Below are positions 63,427-64,000 of a stretch of 64,000 nucleotides of DNA, in pieces; within the stretch, counting starts at the first letter, position 1; the number at the start of each line of letters is the position of its first letter. A program made the translations under genes and the position numbers. Below the pieces are notes generated by a model that did no database searches, was not told where the DNA came from, and saw only the letters and a program-made list of their open reading frames with translations. Origin of the DNA: Alphaproteobacteria bacterium (GTDB taxonomy: Bacteria > Pseudomonadota > Alphaproteobacteria > UBA2966); the NCBI GenBank assembly GCA_018654745.1, contig JABILA010000051.1:6751-70750 (forward strand), written 5' to 3'.

Positions 63427-64000
63427 TGACGGGCAGTGATCCGCAAATATACGCAACCTTGACCAATGCTGATCGTGTCTGGGCAATCGGCGCGATCCAC
63501 GGTGAATACGAAAAGCTGCGAAATTTGCATGCCGAACTGCGTACGCGTCTTCAACCCGGTGACCGCCTGATCTATCTGGGTAACTGCATTGGTTACGGCC
63601 CTGACCCCGTTGGCACTATCAACGAAATCATTGCCTTCCGGCGCGAATTTCTGGCAAGACCAGGGACCTTTCGCGATGACCACGTATTACTGCGTGGCGC
63701 TCAGGAAGAAATGTTGCGCAAGCTGGGGCAATTGCAACTTGCCCCGGGACCAGGCGAAGCGCTGCAATGGATGCTGGACCACGGCGCTGCTGCCACACTG
63801 GAATCCTATGGCATTAACAGTGTGGACGGTCTGGGTTGTTGTCGCGAAGGGGTGGTGTCATTGACACGCTGGAGTGGGAATATCACACGCACCCTGCGGA
63901 ACTTGCCCGGGCATGACGAATATTTCGTGGCTTTACGCCGGGCTGCCTATACCGGTGGTGGAGAACTTCTATTCAGTGCCGCCGGTGTTAATCCTGATCG
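63427..64000 (+). CDS. metallophosphoesterase (Ser/Thr phosphatase / ApaH-like), partial, runs off the window end
   Basis: ATG at 63427. Motifs IGAIHG and GNCIGYGPD (the GDxxDRG-like region) are present. There is no stop before position 64000. Confidence 0.6.

Overview
This window looks like a chromosomal, mostly core-genome segment of a roughly 55% GC alphaproteobacterium. Genes are densely packed on both strands. I found no rRNA, tRNA, CRISPR array, transposase or prophage; the only recombinase is a XerD-like tyrosine recombinase that sits in a housekeeping context next to accA.

Recognisable content by region:
- 1-7.6 kb: accA, malyl-CoA lyase, xerD, a large secreted hypothetical protein, aroK and aroB.
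- 7.7-16.8 kb: CorC/HlyC-type CBS transporter, AEC transporter, bolA, then the conserved alphaproteobacterial XRE / J-domain / cobS / cobT cluster, an esterase and a YhhQ queuosine-precursor transporter.
- 16.8-25.3 kb: rpmB, meaB, B12-dependent methylmalonyl-CoA mutase and argG. Several unrelated genes lie between meaB and the mutase.
- 25.4-40.5 kb: three DMT/EamA transporters, acetoacetyl-CoA synthetase, HIT protein, a PCu(A)C plus DUF2946 copper module, a DUF2652/SRPBCC protein, a MATE efflux pump, two LysR regulators, DUF1127, DinB-family protein, GNAT, a DsbA-like HCCA isomerase and a quinone oxidoreductase.
- 40.5-50.8 kb: Mug glycosylase, PF06089 asparaginase, SpoU methyltransferase, IalB-like protein, rlmN, a pentapeptide-repeat protein, DoxX, a secreted caspase-family (C14) protein, an ArsR/ArsP-like pair and a BI-1 family protein.
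- 50.9-64.0 kb: the tesA / ybbA / ybbP module, ThpR, fructosamine-kinase-like protein, LMW-PTP, sirtuin, a SUV3-like helicase, S4/Hsp15-like protein, TerB, fdxA, cdnL and a partial metallophosphoesterase.

Most worth a second look:
- a MITE-like element with perfect 35-bp terminal inverted repeats at 35377-35532, with degenerate relatives elsewhere in the window;
- a CdnL/CarD regulator carrying an unusual 200-aa N-terminal Ala/Lys/Pro tandem-repeat domain resembling histone H1;
- a secreted caspase-like protein with a Pro/Val-rich linker and an unknown C-terminal domain;
- a DUF2652 gene whose conserved N-terminus lies upstream of any canonical start codon;
- an ArsR/ArsP-like pair with a long palindromic operator.
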